From: a virus
Lineage: Duplodnaviria > Caudoviricetes
DNA length: 64,000 bases
Reading direction: 5' to 3' (one strand)
Virus record (IMG/VR): IMGVR_UViG_2910942425_000008
Location: 12,672-76,671 of that record
The notes beneath the pieces were generated by a model. That model was not told where the DNA came from. It did no database searches and worked only from the letters and a program-made list of their open reading frames with translations. The position numbers were made by a program, and so were the translations under genes. Of the stretch, positions 56,354-64,000 are shown in pieces. Numbering within the stretch: the first letter of the stretch is position 1; every line of letters starts with the position of its first letter.

Positions 56354-57893
56354 TTTCGATAAGATATTAAGATCGTATGATGAAAGCTGTAAGAGGATTC
56401 AGAAAGCAGCTTACTTTGATATACACGAAACGCTTGAACAAAAATATAAGCGTATCAAGCATCTTGAAGCTGATTTTGACCGATGGTGGAAACATCATTT
56501 CAAACACTATGCAACTTGTGAAAGCGCACCTTTTCATCTGAAAATAGATGATATAGTAATCAAGAATAAGATTCTGAAGCTACTGAATGATGCTTTTCGT
56601 GGATCAGCTAAATCTGTCAGAACTGTTGTAGGATTGTCCTTATACCTGGCATTGGTTAAAAAAGAAATGTGGTTCATGCTTCTTATCGGTCAAACAGAAG
56701 ATAAAGCCATAGAATTATTAGCCGATATCCAGGCTGAACTGAAGCATAACCAACGGCTTATTAATGATTACGGTGAACAATTTCAACATGGTGATTGGGC
56801 TGAAGGTAATTTTACAACAAAAGATGGTGTAAAATTCATGGCTTTGGGTTTCGGACAGGATCCGCGTGGTTTGCGAAATGGTGAACACAGGCCTGACTTA
56901 ATTGTAGTGGATGATATTGATACACTGAAAAGGTGTAACAATGATCGCCTGATACGTGAAGCTGTAGACTACATTACTGGCACGCTTTGGGGTTGTTTCG
57001 ACAAAGGCAATGAAAGGTTTATTTTTAACAATAACCTGATACACAAAAATTCAATCATGGCAAAGCTGGTTGAATTATCCGTTATTGCCAACAAACAGGC
57101 CAAAGAACAAAACCTGCCTAAAACATTCTTTCATGTCAAAACAAAGGCTATCCTGGATGAAGATTTCACACCGTCCTGGCCTGGCAAATATACGGCTCAA
57201 TACTGGAAGGAAAAGAGAGCATCAACACCTTTCAGGTCGTGGATGCGTGAATATATGTGTACACCGTTGGTTGATGGTACTATATTCAATCCTGAATGGA
57301 TACAATATAAAAGAATACTGCCATTACACAGGTATGACAGCCTGGTATTGTATGGTGACTTATCCTATAAAGACAAAGGAGACTACAAAGCACTTGTGTT
57401 GGTTGGAAAGATCGGGCGTGAATTTCACATCATAGATGCTTTTGTAAGGCAAACTTCACGTGCTGCATGTGCTGTGTGGTTGTATGATTTGTATGAAAGG
57501 CTGAAACTGAACAAATACAATATCTCATACCTGATTGAAGGCCTTTTTGCTCAGGATGAATTTATAAATGATTTCGACCAGGAAGGTGATCAGCGTGGTT
57601 ACTATGTGCCAGTAGTTGCAGACAAACAAAGCAAAGGCAATAAATATGATCGTATTGAAAGCATGGCAGGTTTCTTTGAACGCCTGAATGTATTCTTTAA
57701 TGAAGCTTTGAAAAACAGTACCGATATCATCAACCTGATTGATCAGTTACTGGCATTTGAAAAAGGGAGTGGTGCAAACGATGACGGGCCTGATGCTTTA
57801 CAATCTGCCATTGCTGAACTGAACAAAGCGACTTTTATAGAAAAATTTGAAATAATAACAACACCCAGAACACAGGGTAAAAACCGCTTTTAA
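56340..57893 (+). CDS. Terminase large subunit (Mu-like)
   Basis: FRGSAKS, RPDLIVVDDID, YGDLSY, DDGPDAL. Confidence 0.9.
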   Translation: MAATNFDKILRSYDESCKRIQKAAYFDIHETLEQKYKRIKHLEADFDRWWKHHFKHYATCESAPFHLKIDDIVIKNKILKLLNDAFRGSAKSVRTVVGLSLYLALVKKEMWFMLLIGQTEDKAIELLADIQAELKHNQRLINDYGEQFQHGDWAEGNFTTKDGVKFMALGFGQDPRGLRNGEHRPDLIVVDDIDTLKRCNNDRLIREAVDYITGTLWGCFDKGNERFIFNNNLIHKNSIMAKLVELSVIANKQAKEQNLPKTFFHVKTKAILDEDFTPSWPGKYTAQYWKEKRASTPFRSWMREYMCTPLVDGTIFNPEWIQYKRILPLHRYDSLVLYGDLSYKDKGDYKALVLVGKIGREFHIIDAFVRQTSRAACAVWLYDLYERLKLNKYNISYLIEGLFAQDEFINDFDQEGDQRGYYVPVVADKQSKGNKYDRIESMAGFFERLNVFFNEALKNSTDIINLIDQLLAFEKGSGANDDGPDALQSAIAELNKATFIEKFEIITTPRTQGKNRF

Positions 57894-57895
57894 TT

Positions 57896-58339
57896 ATGCC
57901 AAGATTTATACTTGAATCCGATTACGATATGCAGATTAAGCAGGAAATAATACGCCTACTTACTGCACAAGAATTTTATCAAAGTGCTAAACTGGTTAGA
58001 GCCGAAAATACAGCCATCAGGCAGATACGCAACCGGATTGCCAAAAGATATGACTGTGACAAAATATTCACAGCAGTAATACCGGGTGACCCCGATACGC
58101 GTGATCAATGGATTGTAACCATAACCATTGATATAGCACTGTATCACCTGTACAGCCAGACAGGCATGAAAGATATTCCACAACACAGGCAGGATCGTTA
58201 CCAGGATGCACTTGACTGGCTTAAAGATGTCGGTAATGGTGACACCATCCCGGAACTGCCGGCTTTGGTCGATGAAGATGGCAATGAATACAGCGAGGTA
58301 ATAATTAACAGCAGGCCTCAAGAAAACCAACGATGGTGA
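57896..58339 (+). CDS. Mu gp36-like head-tail protein (DUF1320)
   Basis: DIALYHL...RYQDALDWLK.V..G. Confidence 0.8.
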   Translation: MPRFILESDYDMQIKQEIIRLLTAQEFYQSAKLVRAENTAIRQIRNRIAKRYDCDKIFTAVIPGDPDTRDQWIVTITIDIALYHLYSQTGMKDIPQHRQDRYQDALDWLKDVGNGDTIPELPALVDEDGNEYSEVIINSRPQENQRW

Positions 58340-58429
58340 GTGTAGTGGATTCAATCTATAATTAAAAACACTTTAAAACAGCTTTACTGCTTTGCAAAAT
58401 TTTTAATTTTTAATTCTTAATTTTTTCAA

Positions 58430-59635
58430 ATGGGTTTATTTAACTTTTTAAGAAAATCACCAGTTGCTGCTACTGCAGATAAACAAAAACTGGTTAATGA
58501 TATAGTTTTACAGATCGCACAGGAATTTCAGGATCGAAGCAGAAAGAATATTACCAAATGGCGTGATTCAAACACAGCTGCTGAAAGCCCTGATGATCCA
58601 CGCTGGTACTTGCTTCAGGACTTGATTGATGATCTGATACTGGATGCACACCTTGCATCTGTTATTGATGTGCGTAAATCTGCAACGCTCAATCATAGAT
58701 TTTATGTCCGGGATAAGAAAACACAAGAAACGCTGGATGAACAAACCGACTTTCTGAACAAGCAATGGTTTTATGAGTTTCTTGATAGCGCGCTTGATTC
58801 TGTATTTCGGAAATATACCATTGCACAATTTTTCAGGGTAAACGACAAACCGATATTTAAGCTTATTCCACGCAGAAATATTTGTCCTCAATTGGGGCGT
58901 ATGTACATTGAAGTATCTGGAAGTGCTTTTGTCAATTACAATGAAGTACCCAATATAATCGAAATCATGCACACCAGTAAGTTTGGTTTGGTCAATGATG
59001 TTATTCCCAATGTTATCTGGAAACGTGATGCGCTGCAGGCCTATGCTGAATTTTCTGAACGGTTTGGCAAACCGTTGATTACAGCCACAACCAATAATAA
59101 AGCTGAAGCTCCACGCATATCCAAATCACTGGTAGAACTGGGTGATTCTGGTACTGGTGTACTTCCAACAGGCACTACAATCACAGTGCATGATCTGGCA
59201 AACGCTGGTAATCCTGAAAAAACCTACATTGAGAATGCAAAGCTTCAGGATAACCAGGTAAGCAAACGCTTCGTTGGTTCAACTACAATTTTAGATGAAG
59301 GTGCAAACCGTTCACAAACACAGGTACATATTGAAACGCTTGATGATAAGATTGCACAATCAGACAGGCGTAATATGATTTTCTGTGTCAATGATCAGCT
59401 TTTTCCGATTCTCAACAGTTTAGGCTTTCCGTTTAATCCGGATACGATGGAATTTGTATTTGACGAAACAGAAGATTTGACACTCAACCAGCAATGGGAA
59501 ATAACCAAAGGTGCAATTGAAGCAGGTTATGAATTGGATATTGACGAACTGGTTAAAACATTCAATTTACCTATCACTGGCAAAAAACAGGTACAAAACC
59601 CATTAAATACAGGCTTTTCTGCAAATTTTCAGTAA
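58430..59635 (+). CDS. Portal protein (Mu gp29 / DUF935)
   Basis: LDAHLASVI..RK, WKR...Y.EFSERFGKP, NRSQTQVH. Confidence 0.85.
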   Translation: MGLFNFLRKSPVAATADKQKLVNDIVLQIAQEFQDRSRKNITKWRDSNTAAESPDDPRWYLLQDLIDDLILDAHLASVIDVRKSATLNHRFYVRDKKTQETLDEQTDFLNKQWFYEFLDSALDSVFRKYTIAQFFRVNDKPIFKLIPRRNICPQLGRMYIEVSGSAFVNYNEVPNIIEIMHTSKFGLVNDVIPNVIWKRDALQAYAEFSERFGKPLITATTNNKAEAPRISKSLVELGDSGTGVLPTGTTITVHDLANAGNPEKTYIENAKLQDNQVSKRFVGSTTILDEGANRSQTQVHIETLDDKIAQSDRRNMIFCVNDQLFPILNSLGFPFNPDTMEFVFDETEDLTLNQQWEITKGAIEAGYELDIDELVKTFNLPITGKKQVQNPLNTGFSANFQ

Positions 59636-59784
59636 GGGAACAAGTAAGGGCTGGCTATGTTCCCAGATTATACGTTGATGATTGCCCTCACTGCAAAGGA
59701 ACGCACCCAACAGCAGAAGCAGATTTACCATCAGGTTACATCGATGAACTGGACAAACTAAGATCATCCATCATTGAAAGGGCT

Positions 59785-60942
59785 ATGAAGGGTGAAGATC
59801 TGGACAGCTTGCTTGACCTTACTGTAAAAACGCTGTCAGATCGTGTGATTGATTCCTACCAGGTTGCTGCAGATTATACGACGCCTGATGCTGAAATGTT
59901 GACGCGCCTGGTGCGTGATGTATGGCATTTCAGTGGTGCGAAAAGCTATCAGGAAATGCGGGATTTAACGCTGTTACTGAAAGACGACAACGGCAAGTTG
60001 CGTGAGTTTGAAGATTTCAAACAAGCGGCTGAAGGTATCATTGACAAATACAATGAAACCTGGTTAAGAACCGAGTACAATTTTGCGGTTTCTTCATCGC
60101 AAAATGCTGCACGATGGGTTGAATTTGAAAAAGAAGCTGGCATTATACCAAACCTGAAATATCAGACTGTTGGTGACGATCATGTACGTGCATCACACCA
60201 GGTACTGGATGGTATTATACGGCCTGTTAATGATAGCTTCTGGATTACCCATTACCCGCCAAACGGTTGGGGCTGCAGATGCGAAGTAGTGCAATCACTC
60301 GAAGGTTACGGAAAAGTAACACCTGATAAAGATATTCCTGTTGTGGATATACCCAAAATGTTTAAAACAAACCTGGCTAAAACAGGCCTGATTTATCCTA
60401 AAAACCATCCCTATTACAATGGTGTACCAAAAGCCGAAATAAGCAAAGCACTGGCATATCTACCACCGGAAAATACATTTATTGATATAAAGGTAAATGG
60501 ATGCCATTTCGAAATACACCCGTTGCATGGAGAAAAAGAGTTAGGCAAAAACATTAATGCAGTTACAACATTACTGAAAAAAGAACCGGATGCAAAAGTA
60601 AAACTGATGCCTATTATTTCTGAAAATAATATGGATGCAAGAAAGAAATATTACCCAAAAGAGTATTTGGATAAGTTTCCAACAAAAAATGCTGATATTC
60701 TTTACAACAAGAAAGTTGCAGAAATAGAAATCCCGTCTGGCAGTAAACGTTCAATTCAGCATGCTGTCGAACATGGTATAGCCCAGGCAGACACAGTATT
60801 TATTTGCATACCAGATAGTATGGATATAAATGATGCCTATCGCATTGTAAATGGACATCTAAAGCACTACCCTAACAACAATAGTGATATATGGTTGATA
60901 AATAATAACGAAAAAGTACAGTATAAAAGGCAAAAGCGATGA
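59785..60942 (+). CDS. MuF (Mu gp30) head protein with C-terminal CdiA-C-like nuclease-fold domain; frame open from 59557
   Basis: WLRTEYN, LKYQTVGDDHVRASH, YPPNGWGCRC; C-terminal KNADIL..VAEIE..SIQHAV..G..QAD. Confidence 0.85.
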   Translation: MKGEDLDSLLDLTVKTLSDRVIDSYQVAADYTTPDAEMLTRLVRDVWHFSGAKSYQEMRDLTLLLKDDNGKLREFEDFKQAAEGIIDKYNETWLRTEYNFAVSSSQNAARWVEFEKEAGIIPNLKYQTVGDDHVRASHQVLDGIIRPVNDSFWITHYPPNGWGCRCEVVQSLEGYGKVTPDKDIPVVDIPKMFKTNLAKTGLIYPKNHPYYNGVPKAEISKALAYLPPENTFIDIKVNGCHFEIHPLHGEKELGKNINAVTTLLKKEPDAKVKLMPIISENNMDARKKYYPKEYLDKFPTKNADILYNKKVAEIEIPSGSKRSIQHAVEHGIAQADTVFICIPDSMDINDAYRIVNGHLKHYPNNNSDIWLINNNEKVQYKRQKR

Positions 60943-60967
60943 TGTACATAAATACACCATCGCTTTT
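60932..60967. terminator. 10-bp stem-loop at the MuF 3' end
   Basis: AAAAGCGATG/CATCGCTTTT. Confidence 0.5.
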
Positions 60968-61032
60968 GGGAGCCCTGGGACGTATCCCTGAACACCACAA
61001 ATATACAAACATTATTTAAATAAACAAAGATT

Positions 61033-62904
61033 ATGGCTGGATTAGCTAAATTACAATTACTTATAGAAATTAAAGATAAACTGAATGTCGGTTTAAATAA
61101 GGCTAAAAAAAAGATTGAACGTGCAACTGGAAATATGCAGAATAAATTAAAAGCATTCAGCATAGAAAACACCAAATTATTTGGAGCAATTAAAGACGAA
61201 GTTCCTGGTGTTGCCAGAGCTGTTACACTTTTATCCAATCCCTATGTTTTGGCTACTGCTGCAGTTGTAGCATTAGCTGGAGCTGTCACCATGTGTACAT
61301 TAAAGGCCAATGAGTGGCATGAAAAGATGGCTGAAATAAACGTCACAGCCGAACTTTCAAAAGACAAGCTTGGTAAATTGTCTGATAAGCTACTTGATAT
61401 AGGAGGCCGCAATGTTGCACCACTGGAAGAAGTACCCAAAGCTTTTAACCGTATCATATCTGCAGGTCTAAGTGTAAATGATTCATTGGCCACACTTGAA
61501 CCGACTTTACGTGCTGCAAAAGCGGGTTTTACTGACATTGAAATAGCCGCTAGTGCAGCAACTTCTGTAATGATGGCTACTGGTTACGACGCAAAACGCG
61601 TATATGATATCTTGTTTGAAACTGTAAAAGAAGGGAATGCTGAATTTAAGGACATTGCACAATATCTGCCAAAAGTCATACCGCTAGCAAAAAATGTCGG
61701 TTACGAACTCGAACAAGTTGCTGGCGCTTATGCAATGCTTACAGGCCGTTTAAGTACAGAACAATCCACAACAGCATTGCAGGGTATTATGAGAGCCTTA
61801 TCATCACAGCGTGTTGCCATAGGTCAAATTGATAAAGCTACTGGTAAATATGTATCCGGGTTTAAATCAATCGGTATTGATGTTTTCGATCCAACAACAA
61901 AGAAAATAAAACCTATCCTTCAGATTGTTACAGAACTAAATCAGAAAATGGCAGGCCTGTCTGATAAACAACGTATGATTCAGTTTGATAAGTTAGGCCT
62001 TGATCAGATGGGTTCATTAGGTTTTTCTTCTTTAATGCAGGATATACCAGCTTTACAGAAAGCTATTGATGCAACAACAAATTCTGCTGGTTCACTTGAA
62101 AAAGCCTATGCTGATTCATTAACACCAATGGAAAGCTGGAAGATCATACAAAACCAGATTAAAGTTGAAATGATTAAGATAGGCGAATTGTTCTTACCTA
62201 TTGTTTCAGCCATTGGTAATAAAATTCTGGGAATCATACAATATTGGAAAGACTTATATAATAATTCTCAAATGTTCAGGGATTTATTGAGCGGCATAGG
62301 CGCTGTGTTTGAATGGTTGTGGAATGTTTCAACAATAGGTTTCAACCTTGTTATTAATTTAGTCAAAAACACAATATCAAATGTGTCTATACTTCTATCC
62401 AAGTTTGAGAACTGGATAACAAAAGTAACTGGTGTTCAGTTCAGCTTTAAGAAATTGTATAATACAATACGCCCTTATCTTGTCTGGTTAAAAGAATTTC
62501 TTACTGAAATAGGTTCATTGATGTATGATGTATTTACATTTAATGTAAATGGAGTTAAAGACAAAATCAGCAACTTTAAGTTGCCTGATATTGGCGAAAT
62601 CAAACAAAGGGTTGTGGTTGAATCAGCTGACGACGATGGTGACTTTTCCGGTGTGCCTACTGGTTCAGGGCCAACCAGTCCAGATGCAATAATGCCTGAT
62701 AATACGAATTCATCCATTGCCGATGGAGCAAGAGGTATTAAAGGCAACAGCCAGACAAAGAATATAACTATCAATATAGATAGTTTTATCAAAAGTTTTT
62801 CACCAACACACCAATCTTTCAATAATATGAGTACAGACGAATTTGAACGCAAAATGACCGAAGTATTTATGCGTGTGGTAAGAAGTGCTGAAACCTCAAT
62901 GTAA
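61033..62904 (+). CDS. Tape measure protein (TP901-like core)
   Basis: 623 aa Ala-rich helical; MAEINVT, AGFTD, amphipathic W-rich C-terminus. Confidence 0.85.
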   Translation: MAGLAKLQLLIEIKDKLNVGLNKAKKKIERATGNMQNKLKAFSIENTKLFGAIKDEVPGVARAVTLLSNPYVLATAAVVALAGAVTMCTLKANEWHEKMAEINVTAELSKDKLGKLSDKLLDIGGRNVAPLEEVPKAFNRIISAGLSVNDSLATLEPTLRAAKAGFTDIEIAASAATSVMMATGYDAKRVYDILFETVKEGNAEFKDIAQYLPKVIPLAKNVGYELEQVAGAYAMLTGRLSTEQSTTALQGIMRALSSQRVAIGQIDKATGKYVSGFKSIGIDVFDPTTKKIKPILQIVTELNQKMAGLSDKQRMIQFDKLGLDQMGSLGFSSLMQDIPALQKAIDATTNSAGSLEKAYADSLTPMESWKIIQNQIKVEMIKIGELFLPIVSAIGNKILGIIQYWKDLYNNSQMFRDLLSGIGAVFEWLWNVSTIGFNLVINLVKNTISNVSILLSKFENWITKVTGVQFSFKKLYNTIRPYLVWLKEFLTEIGSLMYDVFTFNVNGVKDKISNFKLPDIGEIKQRVVVESADDDGDFSGVPTGSGPTSPDAIMPDNTNSSIADGARGIKGNSQTKNITINIDSFIKSFSPTHQSFNNMSTDEFERKMTEVFMRVVRSAETSM

Positions 62905-62911
62905 ATTGCTT

Positions 62912-63475
62912 ATGAGTAACAAGGTAGATATATCGGATTTTACACGCAGGATTGATTCTATTTTGGAAACTTACAGAAGGTTACCGCCCGAAATAGCAAC
63001 TATTGCCGAGAACTTCAGTAAAGAGCGCTTCAGGGATCAGGCTTGGCTGGATGAAACCAAACATAAATGGAAACCACGAAAAAATAAGCGTCCCGGAAGA
63101 AGAAGCCAGACATTACTGGTTGATACCGGCAGATTGAAAAAGAGTATCAGGAAGATAAAGGCTACAACAGAACAAGTGATTATTGGCACTGATGTACCAT
63201 ATGCTGAAATACACAACGAAGGCGGTGAAATCAATAAAACGGTGAATGTGAAATCTCATACGATAAAGTCGCATAGGAGAAAAGCATACACCAGGAATCG
63301 GAACGGACGTGCAGAACGTATAAAGGCTCAAACAATCAAAGATTATACGGTCAAGGCTCATACCCGAAAAATGAATTTAAAGATACCTTCCAGGCGTTTC
63401 ATAGGTAACAGCTATACGCTTGCACGAAGAATAGAATTACACGTAACAGCACGCTTTGTCCGTGCTTTAAAATAA
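62912..63475 (+). CDS. Virion morphogenesis protein (Mu gpG-like)
   Basis: FRDQAW...LLVDTGRLKKSI...GTDVPYAEIHNEGG...IPSRRFIG. Confidence 0.85.
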   Translation: MSNKVDISDFTRRIDSILETYRRLPPEIATIAENFSKERFRDQAWLDETKHKWKPRKNKRPGRRSQTLLVDTGRLKKSIRKIKATTEQVIIGTDVPYAEIHNEGGEINKTVNVKSHTIKSHRRKAYTRNRNGRAERIKAQTIKDYTVKAHTRKMNLKIPSRRFIGNSYTLARRIELHVTARFVRALK

Positions 63476-63481
63476 AACATT

Positions 63482-64000
63482 ATGATACTTACACTACTGA
63501 ATTTATATAAACGATTCGAAGAAAGCAAAGCATTGTTTGATAAATATGAATTAAGTTCAGACTGGTTCATCGATATATACCGTTCACAACCGTTAGATCC
63601 AGGATTATACGAATACTTTTCTTTACCGGCTATGTTTGTTGACTACCAGCTGACAGGTCAAGGTGCAAAAAATCCACGCCTGGTAACATTGACATTACAC
63701 ACTATTACTGATGAAATGCCTGATGCTTCGAATATATCGATGCAACGTGATTCAGGTTTAAAACGGTTTCTTTATCATTTTGTAATTCAAAAGATGCTTG
63801 AAAGAAAACCGTTAGGTCGTACCACTCCTTTAAAGTTTGTGTCAGAAGGCATTATTGATGCCCCGGTTATCAATTACCACACACAGGTATATGAGTTCGA
63901 AGCCTATCCCGAAGATTTAGCCGGCACACCTGAAGAAATAGAATATGGTATGATCGAACTGATAAAACTACAGGGCAATCTGTATAATAAGCTTATTTAG
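63482..64000 (+). CDS. Hypothetical tail-completion protein
   Basis: 172 aa ORF, IDIYRSQP...LPAMFVDY; stop at window end. Confidence 0.65.
   Translation: MILTLLNLYKRFEESKALFDKYELSSDWFIDIYRSQPLDPGLYEYFSLPAMFVDYQLTGQGAKNPRLVTLTLHTITDEMPDASNISMQRDSGLKRFLYHFVIQKMLERKPLGRTTPLKFVSEGIIDAPVINYHTQVYEFEAYPEDLAGTPEEIEYGMIELIKLQGNLYNKLI

Larger units (their letters stand above)
42108..64000. mobile_element. Mu-like contractile-tail phage late region (continues past right edge)
   Basis: Sheath/tube, baseplate, ClpP-like protease, capsid, Mu-type terminase, gp36-, gp29- and gp30-like genes, gpG-like gene; transposase not in window. Confidence 0.85.

Noticed and set aside
103-63361. Numerous antisense or alternate-frame ORFs in the track (e.g. 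103..315, 3076..3288, 23042..23464, 36688..37122, 52361..52765, 58568..58972, 62475..62852)
   Set aside because: They shadow well-supported genes and lack motifs or operon coupling

Overview
The whole window is Bacteroidota-type temperate-phage DNA (TAnnTTTG promoters, Bacteroidales-style lipoproteins) with no host housekeeping genes. It looks like two phages joined. (1) From 1 to about 40-44 kb is a siphophage-like element: SPP1-like portal, PBSX-type terminase, ParB/PP-loop/ASCH module, antirepressor, DnaB and initiator, DNA methyltransferases, ERF/exonuclease/SSB, two repressor cassettes, an apparently intact attP, integrase, lysis genes and a tail hub. (2) From about 42-44 kb to 64 kb is the late region of a Mu-like contractile-tail phage with its own lysis, head, terminase, portal and tape-measure genes. 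The main observations are: a cas-less CRISPR mini-array (two identical 36-bp repeats, one 30-bp spacer, Cas13b/type VI-B-like shape); a complete diversity-generating retroelement that mutates two small cytoplasmic early proteins rather than a tail fibre and has no avd; a candidate -1 frameshift (A_AAT_TTT plus pseudoknot) fusing the Mu-like portal to a MuF protein with a nuclease-fold C-terminus; a C5-methyltransferase split into nested reading frames; a kissing-loop leader before the antirepressor; and a 63-bp triple-operator palindrome. All family assignments come from motif recognition by eye, with no database searches.
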